Of a stretch of DNA of 64,000 bases, positions 1 to 14,700 are shown in pieces. Under the pieces are notes generated by a model that was given only the letters and a program-made list of their open reading frames with translations, was not told where the DNA came from and searched no databases. Source of the stretch: Eledone cirrhosa (Eukaryota); assembly GCA_964016885.1 (NCBI GenBank), contig OZ024754.1, positions 32,612,001-32,676,000 of the forward strand, written 5' to 3'. The position numbers and the translations under genes are program-made. The first letter of the stretch is position 1. Each line of letters opens with the position of its first letter.

Positions 1-40
1 CATCATCACTAGACTATTCTTGCTGGCATCTTCATAAAAA

Positions 41-63
41 ATCACGTCATATATATATATATA

Positions 64-100
<37 letters not shown>

Positions 101-674
101 CGTGATTTTTTAATGTATAATATATATATATATATGTATATGTGTGTGTGTGTGTGTGAGCGTGTGTAATTGTGTGTGCAGTTGCATGGGGACACGTGTG
201 TATGCAAAAACACGATCAGAAGTCAATCTTGGTGTTGACTACGATGTGTGTGTGTGGGGAGGGGGTTGTGTGAAGGGGACTGTTAATAATACACAAACAT
301 ATATATATATGTGTGTGTATCTACTTATATATACACACATTTATATGTGTGTATATATATATCTTATATACTCACACACCTTATATATATCTATATACTC
401 ACACACACACATATATATTTTATATGTACATACACACAGACACATACACACACACATATATATATATATATACACACACATATACACACACACACATACA
501 CACACATATATATATACATACACACAGACACATGCACACACACACACACATATATATATATACACAAACATACACAAACACATACATATATATATATATA
601 TATAAATATATATATGTGTATCTACATATATATATATGTACACATTTATATGTGTACATATATATCTATATACT

Positions 675-708
<34 letters not shown>

Positions 709-994
709 CATACACACACATATACACACACACACATACACACACATATATATATATACATACACACACACACATATATATATATACACAAACACACACA
801 TACACATACATATATATATATATATATATAAATATATATATGTGTATCTACATATATATATACACACATTTATATGTGTACATATATATCTATATACTCA
901 CACACACACACATATATATATATATATACATACACACACATACACACACACACACATACACACACATATATATATACATACACACAGACACATG

Positions 995-1034
<40 letters not shown>

Positions 1035-1236
1035 AATATATATATGTGTATCTACATATATATATATACACACATTTATATGTGTACATATATATCTATA
1101 TACTCACACACACACACACACATATATATATATACACACATTTATATGTGTACATATATATCTATATACTCACACACACACACACACATATATATATATA
1201 CACACATTTATATGTGTACATATATATCTATATACT

Positions 1237-1270
<34 letters not shown>

Positions 1271-1320
1271 CATACACACACATACACACACACACACACA
1301 TATGTGTGTGTGTGTGAGTC
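41..1320. repeat. Compound (TA)n/(CA)n microsatellite with imperfect tandemly duplicated blocks
   Basis: Recurring units such as CACATTTATATGTGTACATATATATCTATATACTCACAC separated by TA/CA runs. Confidence 0.9.
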
Positions 1321-1432
1321 TAGTTGTGTGAGGGTGTGACGTGTGCAAGATTCTGTAAGAATTAATAAAAAACAAAACTTCCAGAACATAATAGTTATAA
1401 ACATATTAACAAGGATAATATTTAAAGGTGGC

Positions 1433-1465
<33 letters not shown>

Positions 1466-1585
1466 AGTTGTAGTAGAGGTAGTAGTATTAGTCGTAGTAG
1501 TACTAGTAGTAGTAGTAGTAGTAGTAGTGTGTATGTATATATATATAGACATACACACATTTATATATATATATCCCTCTCTGTC

Positions 1586-1619
<34 letters not shown>

Positions 1620-1669
1620 AATTTTAGTACAGCATTGACGAAGCTTTAGAATACGGATATATATATATA

Positions 1670-1713
<44 letters not shown>

Positions 1714-2739
1714 GTGAGAGAGAGAGAGGGGGGGAGGGAGAGAGAGAGACAGAGAGATGCATACTCAAGTATATACATAAAGAAGGTAACACGACAATTG
1801 ACACCAAAAAGATGTCAAAAAGATGTTTAAAAGATGTTAAAAGGCACTTTGCACGGCCAACTATGGGTATCCTGTTATTAAATGGATAAAGAGGAAAGTA
1901 GCGTAAAAACATACATAAATAAAACAATAACCAAAGAAGAAAAAACAACAACAAAACATCGAAAAAAAAAACAATTGTAAAAAAGAAGTGAAAGATTTTT
2001 GGATGAAATAACAGCGAAAAGAAAGTAAAATAGACGAAAGGCTACACAAATATAAAGGCGATGCGGAGTGAGAAAACAGATCTAAAAACAAACGACTAAT
2101 TTATGTGGGGAAGGGCGGAGCGGGGGCGCGCGGGAACAAAGACAAAAACAATAGAGAAACTAAAGAGGGAAAGAGTGACGAGAGAGGAGAAGAAGGGGAG
2201 GAGTGTCCTGGTGAAAAAAAGGAGGGGATGTGTGTCCTGGTGACGAAAGGAGGGGATGTGTCCTGGTGACGAAAGGAGGGTGTGTTGAGAAATACCTTAG
2301 GTCATAGAGAACGGAGGAAAAAATGGAAAAAATATATATGGGGGAAATAAATTATCCCTTAGAAAAAAAATATCACACCAAAATTTGGTAGGCGGGCATA
2401 TCATTGTCTGTCGGTCTGTCATGATGTAAGGCGTACATACATATATATATATACATATATATATATACATACATACATACATACATATATACATACATAC
2501 ATACATACATACATACATACATAGATATATACATACATATATACATATATACATACAGATATACATACATACGTATATACCTATATACATACAAACATAC
2601 ATGCATACATGATATATACAAGCATGCATATATATACATATACATACACACACATATATATATATATATTATATATATATACCCATATACATGCTTGGTT
2701 GCATACGTGTATACATACGTGAGGGCGAGTCTGTGAATG

Positions 2740-2804
<65 letters not shown>

Positions 2805-2808
<4 letters not shown>

Positions 2809-2995
2809 ATGTATGACCCCCGACGGCAGAGCCCAAGCCGTTTCGACGGCTATTTCTGTCCAGAAATAGCCGTCGAAACGGCTAGAGCTCAGCCGTCGGG
2901 GTCATACATTTTTCTATTACCCACTCTACAACCCTAAGTATTGAGTACTCTGGTGCGTTACGGTCCATCTGGTTCCTTACCACAACTCCATCGTT
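2805..2995 (+). mobile_element. Short dispersed PLE-like element family 'P4' (CGTCGAAACGGCT...TATTGAGTAC) with fold-back 5' end
   Basis: Hairpin 2805-2914; homologous copies at 41015-41210, 55163-55305, 57282-57403 and 62561-62622, all abutting (TA)n. Confidence 0.6.
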
Positions 2996-3437
2996 ATATA
3001 TATATAACATTCAAAGTTATGGATGTCATGTTTGAGATAATCTCAAACATGTGTTCTGTCTCCCAAAATAAGCTCAAAGAAAATATCCGAGCATTTAATC
3101 ATTACAAAATGGTGAATGACACATATATATATATATATATATACACATATATATATCTAATGATATAAATATATAATAGGACATGTCAAACTTTAACAAG
3201 AGACAATCTGTATAGAATGTAAGAATACATAGTTCGCTACAGTATCCTATTAAAATATAAGATGCCTGTTAAAAATCACATATATCTCCCTCATATGTAT
3301 CCTTCAGAAATCATGAATACATTTCACCAAATATCGGTGAAGTTAGATAATCGATCTGGATCGTCAGTGAGGGAACCGATCTATTTAAACTTACACCCGT
3401 TAACATACAGAACTGAAGACGACGGGAGAAGCACATG

Positions 3438-3618
3438 CAGTATAGGTAGAGGTTCGGACGCCATGCTTTGCAGCATAGAGTTACGGCCATTTACGGTCTG
3501 AGTTCAAATCCCGCCGAGGTTAACTTTGCCTTTCATCCTTACGGGGTCGATAAAATAAAGTACCAGTAATGCACTGGGGTATCTGCTAGCCTTGTGCCAA
3601 AAGTAGAAACAATTATTA
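3438..3618 (+). mobile_element. tRNA-derived SINE family A
   Basis: A-box-like GCAGTATAGGTAG, B-box GAGTTCAAATCC, core CTTTGCCTTTCATCCTTACGGGGTCGATAAAATAAAGTACCAG, (ATT) tail; many copies in the window. Confidence 0.85.
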
Positions 3619-4245
3619 ATCAAACCAAGGCACGCAGTCATCGCTTGCAATGGCATGAAAGGGTTTACACCAACTAGAAATAGCAGTCTAACATCTCAAC
3701 ATATTAAACAGCTCTCTTACCATCTTCATCAGAAACAATGAACCAGAATTTTTAAAAGGAATATACCATATGTAGCAGTACAGCTTGAAATACATTTAAT
3801 GGATTCTAAATCAAGGAACAAATGCAGAGATAAAATAAATATAAAAATACGAAAGAAACTAGGAAATTAGACTTATAAAATTTAAATGAATAAAGTGTAA
3901 AGTAAATAGATAATGAAACGAAATAACTAAAATGAAATAAATATATATGTTTACCTACATAGAAGTTACATTAGCATTCATATATATCTTAACCATAGCC
4001 ATTTATTACCCGACATTGATTCTGTCATTTGTCAGGCTATAAAATGATCACATCAAATTCTAGAAATTGTACCACACCCATTTACGCACACACAATATGT
4101 GCTTGACCCCATATTATAAACATATATAATACACATATATATGATACACATATATACACATATAATATACATACACATTTCACTAAACGGCGTCATCTTT
4201 TTGTTTACATTGTTCAACTGATATATATGTATATATACACACATA

Positions 4246-4285
<40 letters not shown>

Positions 4286-4496
4286 TATATGTGTTTATAT
4301 ACATATATATACACATACTCATATGTATATAAACACATATACTCATATATATATATATATATATATATAATGAATAAAATAACCAGAGTTTAATTACATT
4401 ATTTAATATATAATCCTTTAATATATTATCTTTTACATATATATATATATATATATATATATAGTAATAATAATAAATTTGAAGACTAAAATCCAA

Positions 4497-4685
4497 AGAG
4501 GGCTCGATTTGGATAAATATATATCAAATATATAAGAACCGTAGAGCAAATATTTATTAAAATAACAGATTAAAGTTTAAGCAAAGAATCGCTGCTTTCA
4601 CCCTTAACGGAGTTTCAGAAGATCTCGTTAAGGGAGAAAGCAGCAATTCTTTGCTTAAAGTTTAATCTGTTATGTTATTAAATAT
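4497..4685. mobile_element. Fold-back PLE-like element family 'P3' with degenerate hammerhead-like motif
   Basis: Inverted arms about 4550-4611 and 4625-4685; CAGAAGA-TCTC-GTTAA-GGGA-GAAA; second copy at 61868-61995. Confidence 0.55.
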
Positions 4686-4694
4686 ATATATATG

Positions 4695-4738
<44 letters not shown>

Positions 4739-5396
4739 GATGTGTATATGTGTGTGTGTGTATGTGTGTGTGTATGTGTATGTGTGTGTGTTTATGTGTG
4801 TCCGTGTGCGTGCGTGTGTGTGTATTTATATGTATATATGTATATATGTTATACGTATATACGTATGTATGCGTACATGATTATACACTCATCTACAAAT
4901 AGGTCAATGACGTTGTCGTGTTCGTGTTCTCTCTACAAACAGTGCAAATCTCAACTGTGAATTAAAGACTTCACATTCGAATGAAAATCAACTTGACTGA
5001 AGTTTTATGTAGCCTGGGAGGAAAGGAAACAGCGCCACCTATGCCATAATAACATATAATTATGAAATCGCCGAGAAGAATATACAAATTTACGAGAGTT
5101 TAAAAATATGAAAAAAAATATGAACCGTTTAACTTAAATAATTAAAGACAAAATAAGATACGCCAACATGGAGTGTGTTTTTTGCCGATAGACTATATAT
5201 GGAGTTATTAGGTTAAAGTCTTTGAGTTCACTGGCTGGTTTATTACGGACATAGTTGAATAACTATTGTTTTAATGGATGCCTATCTCACTAGCTCTGAT
5301 TATCTCCCTTCTTTTTTTTGTTTGTTTGTTTGTTTCTTTTTCTTTCTTATCTTTTTCTATCCCCTCTCTTTCTGTTTATATGTATGCATACATACG

Positions 5397-5474
<78 letters not shown>

Positions 5475-5540
5475 CATATGTATATATATATATATATATA
5501 TATACATATATATACATATATATACATATATATACATATG

Positions 5541-5602
<62 letters not shown>

Positions 5603-5697
5603 CATATATACATATACACGTACATACACATACACACATATATATATATATCTATATATCTATATATGTATGTATGTATATATATACATACATACAC

Positions 5698-5733
<36 letters not shown>

Positions 5734-5935
5734 ATGTATATATATGTATATATGTATATATTTATGTATGACAAAGGGCAGAAGTACTCATAAGAGTCAA
5801 GGGCCATCCAAAAATGTTTAAGTACATGTGTATATATGTATGTATATATGTGTATGTATGTATGTATGTATATATGTATGTATATATGTATGTATGTTTG
5901 TATATATGTATATGCATATGTATGTATATGCACGG

Positions 5936-6236
5936 GGGCATAAACCACTGGGAGTGAAGGACCCCTAGCCTTTGTCAGGGCATTCTTCTAGGAGAAGGCA
6001 ACTCAGGAAACTGGGATAATCCCGACATAAAACCTGCGGCTCAGTAGTTACCGATGATGATGATCTTTTCTTCTTTTCGAGTTATAGCTACTGTCGCTCA
6101 GAGAGTGGGATTGGCTCAGTGCACAGTCTTTCCTCACTTTAAAACAAATGTTCACGCACAGGCATTGCACGATAACATTAATTAATAAATAATTATTAAT
6201 AATGTTATATCGTGCAATGGCCATACTCGATAATGG
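5936..6236 (+). mobile_element. Dispersed repeat resembling an RTE-clade LINE 5'UTR or RTE-related SINE
   Basis: TCTAGGAGAAGGCAACTC motif; near-identical inverted copy at 63120-63612; diverged longer copy at 58355-58740. RTE assignment is from memory of such UTRs. Confidence 0.5.
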
Positions 6237-6461
6237 GGGGGGGGGGGCATCATGTATGTATGTATATATGTATGTATGTTTGCATGTATATATATATGTG
6301 TGTGTGTGTGTGTGTATGTATATATGTATATATGACGAAGACGGTCAGAGCATTAATATAGGATTATATGATTGCTATCGATTAGTCACTATAACGATTT
6401 TTCATGATCAATCCAGCTTCTAGAATTGATCAAACACTAAATTTCGTCTTTTGTTTTCACT

Positions 6462-6519
<58 letters not shown>

Positions 6520-6530
6520 TCACACACACA

Positions 6531-6617
<87 letters not shown>

Positions 6618-6762
6618 GAGCACGCACAGACATAAACACACACACACACCCAATAAAACGTTGGGTTTGAATAGTTTTTAGGATTCCCCAGTTCAGCAGC
6701 CAGTACGTTAAAGGAAATTGATAATTACAACAATAAAGACTGAACAGAGAACACATTTTTTA

Positions 6763-6940
6763 GCAAGTATCGGTAGAGGGTCGGACGCCATGCTTTCCAG
6801 CATAGTTACGTCCCTTTACGATCTGAGTTCAAATCCCGCCGAGGTTGACTTTGCCTTTCATCCTTACGGGGTCGATAAAATAAAGTACCAGTAATGAACT
6901 GGGTAATTGCTGGCCTTGTGCCTAAAGTAGAAACAAATAA
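6763..6940 (+). mobile_element. SINE family A
   Basis: Same B-box, core and tail as the 3438 copy. Confidence 0.85.
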
Positions 6941-6986
6941 TTTGTAAAACCATAATGGAAATTCCAAATAACAGAAAATATTTAAA

Positions 6987-7410
6987 TTACATTGTTAGAG
7001 CCTCAGAGTATACAATATTTTTTGTTCGGCCCTCCGGAGCAAAGATGAAGAGATTGTTTGGCGAGCTCACCCTAGAGCATCCTACATACAATTGACCATG
7101 GGAGAATCACTGATTTCGTAGATCGTCTCGCGGAGAAGCTCTGTAGACGTTGATCTCTGGACACTCCTGTCAGGAGCAGGTAAGCTGTAGTGACTTAGGG
7201 GCCTACCACCAATCTCCAGGACACTGTTTTCAAGACAAATGAGCGCCTCATTGAAAACGACATCGTATGTTACGGTCGGATTGTGTCTGCGTGTGCGGTG
7301 GAGGATGTCCTCAGCTAGACTTTCGCGTTGGTTGTTCCACATTGCGAGAGGGTCGGCGAGATCGCAGTTGTGCAGCATAATAGCAAAAAGTTTTCACAGC
7401 TGAGAAGGGA
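6987..7410 (-). pseudogene. Helitron RepHel remnant (Rep-helicase linker fused to PIF1-type helicase C-terminus)
   Basis: Minus strand reads [22 protein letters not shown]...FNEALICLE...ELLRETIYE, then in another frame FSHGQLYVGCSRVSSPNNLFIFAPEGRTKNIVYSEALTM* (PIF1/Helitron helicase motif VI). Confidence 0.85.
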
Positions 7411-7462
7411 ATTTAGCACACACACGACACAGTATATGCAATATATACAAATATATATATAT

Positions 7463-7538
<76 letters not shown>

Positions 7539-7664
7539 TATATATATACATATATATATATATACACATACATATATATAAATATATTCATATATAAATA
7601 TACATATATAGATAACATAAGTATATGCAATATATACAAATATATAAATATTGTGTGTGTGTAT

Positions 7665-7736
<72 letters not shown>

Positions 7737-8220
7737 AAGTTTTGAAAAACCCCCAAATAGATGTAGCAAATTTATAGAAACACTAATACAATAAAAGAGA
7801 TATGCCCATGGCGACTCTGTTTGTGTGTGCATACCTGTTACTGCATGAGTGTGTGTATCTGTTTGTCTTTCTGTGTGTGTGTGCATGTGTATATGTTACT
7901 GTTAATGTGACAGTGAAGGGGTCGATGAGGGAATAGGTAGATCGGGGTGGTTGTATGTGTGCACCTGTGTGTGTTTGAGAAATAATCGAAAGAAAACATG
8001 GTATTGCAATGTAATCTACCTCAGTTTAGCTTGAAGGTAAAAATCTGGTCTAACAATACGTATGTATGTGTGTGTTTGTTTGTTAATATGTATGTATGTG
8101 TGTATGTATGTATGTATGTATGTATGTATGTATGTATGTATGTATGTATGTATGTATGTATGTATGTATGGTTGCAGATATGTATGTACATATGTACAGC
8201 TAGCTATCTAACTATCCATC

Positions 8221-8329
<109 letters not shown>

Positions 8330-8348
8330 TACATGTGTATTCATATAA

Positions 8349-8463
<115 letters not shown>

Positions 8464-8584
8464 TATTATATATATAAATATATATAAATATATATTCATA
8501 CACACACACACTTTAGACCAACTTTTTGTCTTGTTACTCTGGAGTTTCTCCAGGGACACCACAGGGTCAATACTAAGCGGATAA

Positions 8585-8634
<50 letters not shown>

Positions 8635-8711
8635 TAACACACACATACCCAAACATATATGTGTGTATATATCTATCTAAACTCACTCATATGTTATGTA
8701 TATATATATAC

Positions 8712-8752
<41 letters not shown>

Positions 8753-9347
8753 TTTTATTTTAATTCGATTACTTATCGTTTTTATTTCTTCACATCCAGC
8801 TGAGATTTTAGTAGCGGGATCTTGGGAGACGGGGGTTGGTTAGAGACATATCGGGTTCTATTGTGATTCTGTTGGTCTGGGAATGTATGGAGAGTTTGTT
8901 ACTTCGATCGCTTCATAAATAGCAGGTGTTTCAAATTACAAATATTCTTTAATATCTTCGCTATTAACATGTCAACGACACAGAAGCCCCGACACAAAGT
9001 TTAGCAGTAAACAACAAACATGTAAACATATAAATACCTTATAGATGCCCCTTTCTTCTCAATACAGACTTCCTCAACGTTGTTGTCATATAAAAAAAAT
9101 AAGAAAAAGACTTTAAAGAAATTTCGGTAAATCACACACATATACACTCACATACATACGTTACACGCAGACATATATACAGAAACATATGCAGACATAT
9201 ATAAAACACACACACACACAAACACACATATATATATATATATATATATATTCGTATATATATATGTATATATATATATGTATATATCCGTATATATATG
9301 TATATATACATGTATATGTATATATATGTATATATGTATATATGTAT

Positions 9348-9437
<90 letters not shown>

Positions 9438-9817
9438 GCTTATATTGAGAGGTGGACAGCGTGATAAAAAAATAACACTCAACACCAAACAATATGTCTT
9501 GAAGTCTGTCAATTATTTCCTGGCGGGCATTTTAAGTTTGAAGGGGAGGTAAGTCATATGATTGTCATAGATATAACACTTGATCAAAAAGCAGCCGCAA
9601 TCTCTGTTCGATCTGACTAACCCCCTACCTCTACTATGGACAACTTCTTTAATACGAGCATCACAACTAACCAACAATTCGAAACACCAATTATCACACA
9701 TACATTCAATCCTGCATCCATATATTCCATACATAGATGCATAGAAAATATCATATATATACAGCCTCTGATATGCATGCTTATGTACATATACATATAG
9801 GCATATATGAGTATATA

Positions 9818-9855
<38 letters not shown>

Positions 9856-9860
<5 letters not shown>

Positions 9861-10043
9861 GTTTCTACTTTAGGCACAAGGCCAGCAAATACCCAGTACA
9901 TTACTGGTACTTTATTTTATCGACCCCGTAAGGATGAAAGGCAAAGTTAACCTCGGCGGGATTTGAACTCAGACTGTAAAGGGACGTAACTATGCTAGAA
10001 AGCATGGCGTCCAACCCTCTACCGATACTGCCAATTCACCGCC

Positions 10044-10046
<3 letters not shown>
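9856..10046 (-). mobile_element. SINE family A, full length
   Basis: Reverse complement of the family consensus, from GGGCGGTGAATTGGCAGTATCGG to the tail. Confidence 0.85.
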
Positions 10047-10080
<34 letters not shown>

Positions 10081-10225
10081 TGTGTGTGCGTGTGTGTGTG
10101 TGTGTGTGTGTGAGTGTGAGAGTGTGTGTGTGTATGTATGTAAATAGTGAAGAGAAATAACAATTCAAACGACACAGTACATTAAAGAAATATATTAGTT
10201 TAATGCTTGAAATAACAGGAAGAGA

Positions 10226-10263
10226 GCCTTAACGTTTCGGACGCTAGTCCTTCATCAGAAGAT
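10226..10263 (-). ncRNA. Minimal type I hammerhead-like motif in PLE-like family 'P1' (element about 10138-10285)
   Basis: CTT-CTGATGA-A-GGAC(TAGC)GTCC-GAAAC-GTTA-AGG; palindromic AACGTT stem III; homologues at 28125-28290, 28560-28700 and 58050-58200. Confidence 0.65.
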
Positions 10264-10383
10264 GGAGTTAGAAATAGAAGATTAATAGAATATATTGAGT
10301 ACCTTATTAACTGTGGGTACCCCCGATCTAACTCAGGATCTATCTGTTTATCTAACTATCTATCTATCCCCCACTCTCTCTCT

Positions 10384-10522
<139 letters not shown>

Positions 10523-10667
10523 CATATACGTGTGCGTCCGTGTTTGTGTGTATATATGGATATATTCACTTACATGTATATTTACAACATATGTGTCATA
10601 TTGATGGGTTTTATGAGAGAGGTGCTCTTAACCAGCCAAGAGGGACACTTCGAAGCCTATACGTGTG

Positions 10668-10805
<138 letters not shown>

Positions 10806-10880
10806 TTGGAAGAGAGATGGGGATATATATAGATATTTATCTACATAATAAAGATATACATTTATAGATATGTGCGTGAA

Positions 10881-10938
<58 letters not shown>

Positions 10939-11254
10939 CCTCTGGCTTGTCGTAATAGACATTTCTTGACGACCTCCTTACTGCATCTGTCTATCGAATA
11001 TTACAGTGGTTCATTGAATATCATCACACAGTTGTTGATGGAGGACGATGGAGCGAACGGGTTCTTCAGAGTGCTATATATGTCTTTCAGCATTGCTTTC
11101 TCTAGCTCTTACTTATTATTTGTGTCAATACTTTTGGGTGCAGGCAACAATCTGCTTACATAGAAAAACGTGGAAGATTTTTACATTTATCCATCTATTT
11201 ATTTATTTATTTATTTATTTATTTATCTATTTGTTTAATTTATTTTTGTTAGTT

Positions 11255-11735
11255 GTTGGATTTGCCAGAAGCGTTAGAGCATCAAATAAGTGTCGTGCCG
11301 TGTGTTTGTTCCGATTTTTACGCTGTGGTTTCAAATCTCTCCAAGGTCAACTTTACCTTTCATCATTTCGGTAAGTAAAATAAGGTACCAGTCAAGTAAT
11401 GCTGTCGATTTAATCAATTTTCCACTGCCACCAAAATTACTGGCCTAAATTGTTATTGTTATTATTATTGGCTTTACTTCTCATCCTTACATGGTCGACA
11501 AAATAAAATACCAGTCATGCACTCGGGTCGATTTAATCGACTTGCCCTCTCCCAAAATTGCTGGCCTTGTGTTGAAATTAGAAACCATTATTATTGGCAG
11601 TATCGATAGAGCGTCCGCCAACATGCTTTGCGGCATAGAGTTTCGTCATTTTACGTACTGAGTTCCAACTCTTTCCGAGATTAGCTTTGCGTTTCATCAT
11701 TACGGTGTCGATAAAATAAAGTACCAGTAACACTT
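11255..11735 (+). mobile_element. Cluster of three diverged or partial SINE A copies
   Basis: Three core motifs (about 11350, 11475, 11685); the last is truncated at the start of the minisatellite. Confidence 0.75.
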
Positions 11736-14700
11736 TGGGGTCCACGTTCTTCACTGTACTCCAACCAAGCCATCAATCCATCCACCCAGTCATTCTTTGG
11801 AGTCCTCTATTGTACTCAAACCAAGCCATTCAATCCATCCACCCAGTCATTCTTTGGAGTCCTCTATTGTACTCCAGCCAAGCCATCAACCCATCCATCC
11901 AGTCATTCTTTGGAGTCCTCTATTGTACTCCAGCCAAGCCATTCAATCCATCCACCCAGTCATTCTTTGGAGACCTCTATTGTACTCCAACCAAGCCATT
12001 CAATCCATCCACCCAGTCATTCTTTGGAGTCCTCTATTGTACTCCAACCAAGCCATTCAATCCATCCACCCAGTCATTCTTTGGAGTCCTCTATTGTACT
12101 CCAACCAAGCCATTCAATCCATCCACCCAGTCATTCTTTGGAGTCCTCTATTGTACTCCAACCAAGCCATTCAATCCATCCACACAGTCATTCTTTGGAG
12201 TCCTCTATTGTACTCCAGCCAAGCCATCAATCCATCCACCCAGTCATTCTTTGGAGTCCTCTATTGTACTCCAACCAAGCCATCAATCCATCCACCCAGT
12301 CATTCTTTGGAGTCCTCTATTGTACTCCAACCAAGCCATCAATCCATCCACCCAGTCATTCTTTGGAGTCCTCTATTGTACTCCAACCAAGCCATCAATC
12401 CATCCACCCAGTCATTCTTTGGAGTCCTCTATTGTACTCCAACCAAGCCATCAATCCATCCACCCAGTCATTCTTTGGAGTCCTCTATTGTACTCCAGCC
12501 AAGCCATCAATCCATCCACCCAGTCATTCTTTGGAGTCCTCTATTGTACTCCAACCAAGCCATCAATCCATCCACCCAGTCATTCTTTGGAGTCCTCTAT
12601 TGTACTCCAACCAAGCCATCAATCCATCCACCCAGTCATTCTTTGGAGTCCTCTATTGTACTCCAGCCAAGCCATCAATCCATCCACCCAGTCATTCTTT
12701 GGAGTCCTCTATTGTACTCCAACCAAGCCATCAATCCATCCACCCAGTCATTCTTTGGAGTCCTCTATTGTACTCCAACCAAGCCATCAATCCATCCACC
12801 CAGTCATTCTTTGGAGTCCTCTATTGTACTCCAACCAAGCCATCAATCCATCCACCCAGTCATTCTTTGGAGTCCTCTATTGTACTCCAACCAAGCCATC
12901 AATCCATCCACCCAGTCATTCTTTGGAGTCCTCTATTGTACTCCAACCAAGGCATCAATCCATCCAACCAGTCATTCTTTGGAGTCCTCTATTGTACTCC
13001 AACCAAGCCATCAATCCAACCATCCAGTCATATTTTGGAGTCCTCTATTGTACTCCAACCAAGCCATCAATCCATCCACCCAGTCATATTTTGGAGCCCT
13101 CTATTGTACTCCAACCAAGCCATCAATCCATCCACCCAGTCATATTTTGGAGTCCTCTATTGTACTCCAACCAAGCCATCAATCCATCCATCCAGTCATT
13201 CTTTGGAGTCCTCTATTGTACTCCAACCAAGCCATCAATCCATCCACCCAGTCATTCTTTGGAGTCCTCTATTGTACTCCAACCAAGCCATCAACCCATC
13301 CATCCAGTCATTCTTTGGAGTCCTCTATTGTACTCCAACCAAGCCATCAACCCATCCATCCAGTCATTCTTTGGAGTCCTCTATTGTACTCCAACCAAGC
13401 CATCAATCCATCCATCCAGTCATTCTTTGGAGCCCTCTATTGTACTCCAACCAAGCCATCAATCCATCCACCCAGTCATTCTTTGGAGTCATCTATTGTA
13501 CTCCAACCAAGCCATCAATCCATCCACCCAGTCATTCTTTGGAGTCCTCTATTGTACTCCAACCAAGCCATCAATCCATCCACCCAGTCATTCTTTGGAG
13601 TCCTCTATTGTACTCCAACCAAGCCATCAATCCATCCACCCAGTCATTCTTTGGAGTCCTCTATTGTACTCCAACCAAGCCATCAATCCATCCACCCAGT
13701 CATTCTTTGGAGTCCTCTATTGTACTCCAACCAAGCCATCAATCCATCCACCCAGTCATTCTTTGGAGTCCTCTATTGTACTCCAACCAAGCCATCAATC
13801 CATCCACCCAGTCATTCTTTGGAGTCCTCTATTGTACTCCAACCAAGCCATCAACCCATCCACCCAGTCATTCTTTGGAGTCCTCTATTGTACTCCAACC
13901 AAGCCATCAACCCATCCACCCAGTCATTCTTTGGAGTCCTCTATTGTACTCCAACCAGGCCATCAACCCATCCATCCAGTCATTCTTTGGAGTCCTCTAT
14001 TGTACTCCAACCAAGCCATCAACCCATCCATCCAGTCATTCTTTGGAGTCCTCTATTGTACTCCAACCAAGCCATCAATCCATCCATCCAGTGATTCTTT
14101 GGAGTCCTCTATTGTACTCCAACCAAGCCATCAACCCATCCATCCAGTCATTCTTTGGAGTCCTCTATTGTACTCCAACCAAGCCATCAACCCATCCATC
14201 CAGTCATTTTTTGGAGTCCTCTATTGTACTCCAACCAAGCCATCAATCCATCCATCCAGTCATTCTTTGGAGCCCTCTATTGTACTCCAACCAAGCCATC
14301 AATCCATCCATCCAGTCATTCTTTGGAGCCCTCTATTGTACTCCAACCAAGCCATCAACCCATCCATCCAGTCATTCTTTGGAGTCCTCTATTGTACTCC
14401 AACCAAGCCATCAACCCATCCATCCAGTCATTCTTTGGAGTCCTCTATTGTACTCCAACCAAGCCATCAACCCATCCATCCAGTCATTCTTTGGAGTCCT
14501 CTATTGTACTCCAACCAAGCCATCAACCCATCCATCCAGTCATTCTTTGGAGTCCTCTATTGTACTCCAACCAAGCCATCAACCCATCCATCCAGTCATT
14601 CTTTGGAGTCCTCTATTGTACTCCAACCAAGCCATCAACCCATCCATCCAGTCATTCTTTGGAGTCCTCTATTGTACTCCAACCAAGCCATCAACCCATC

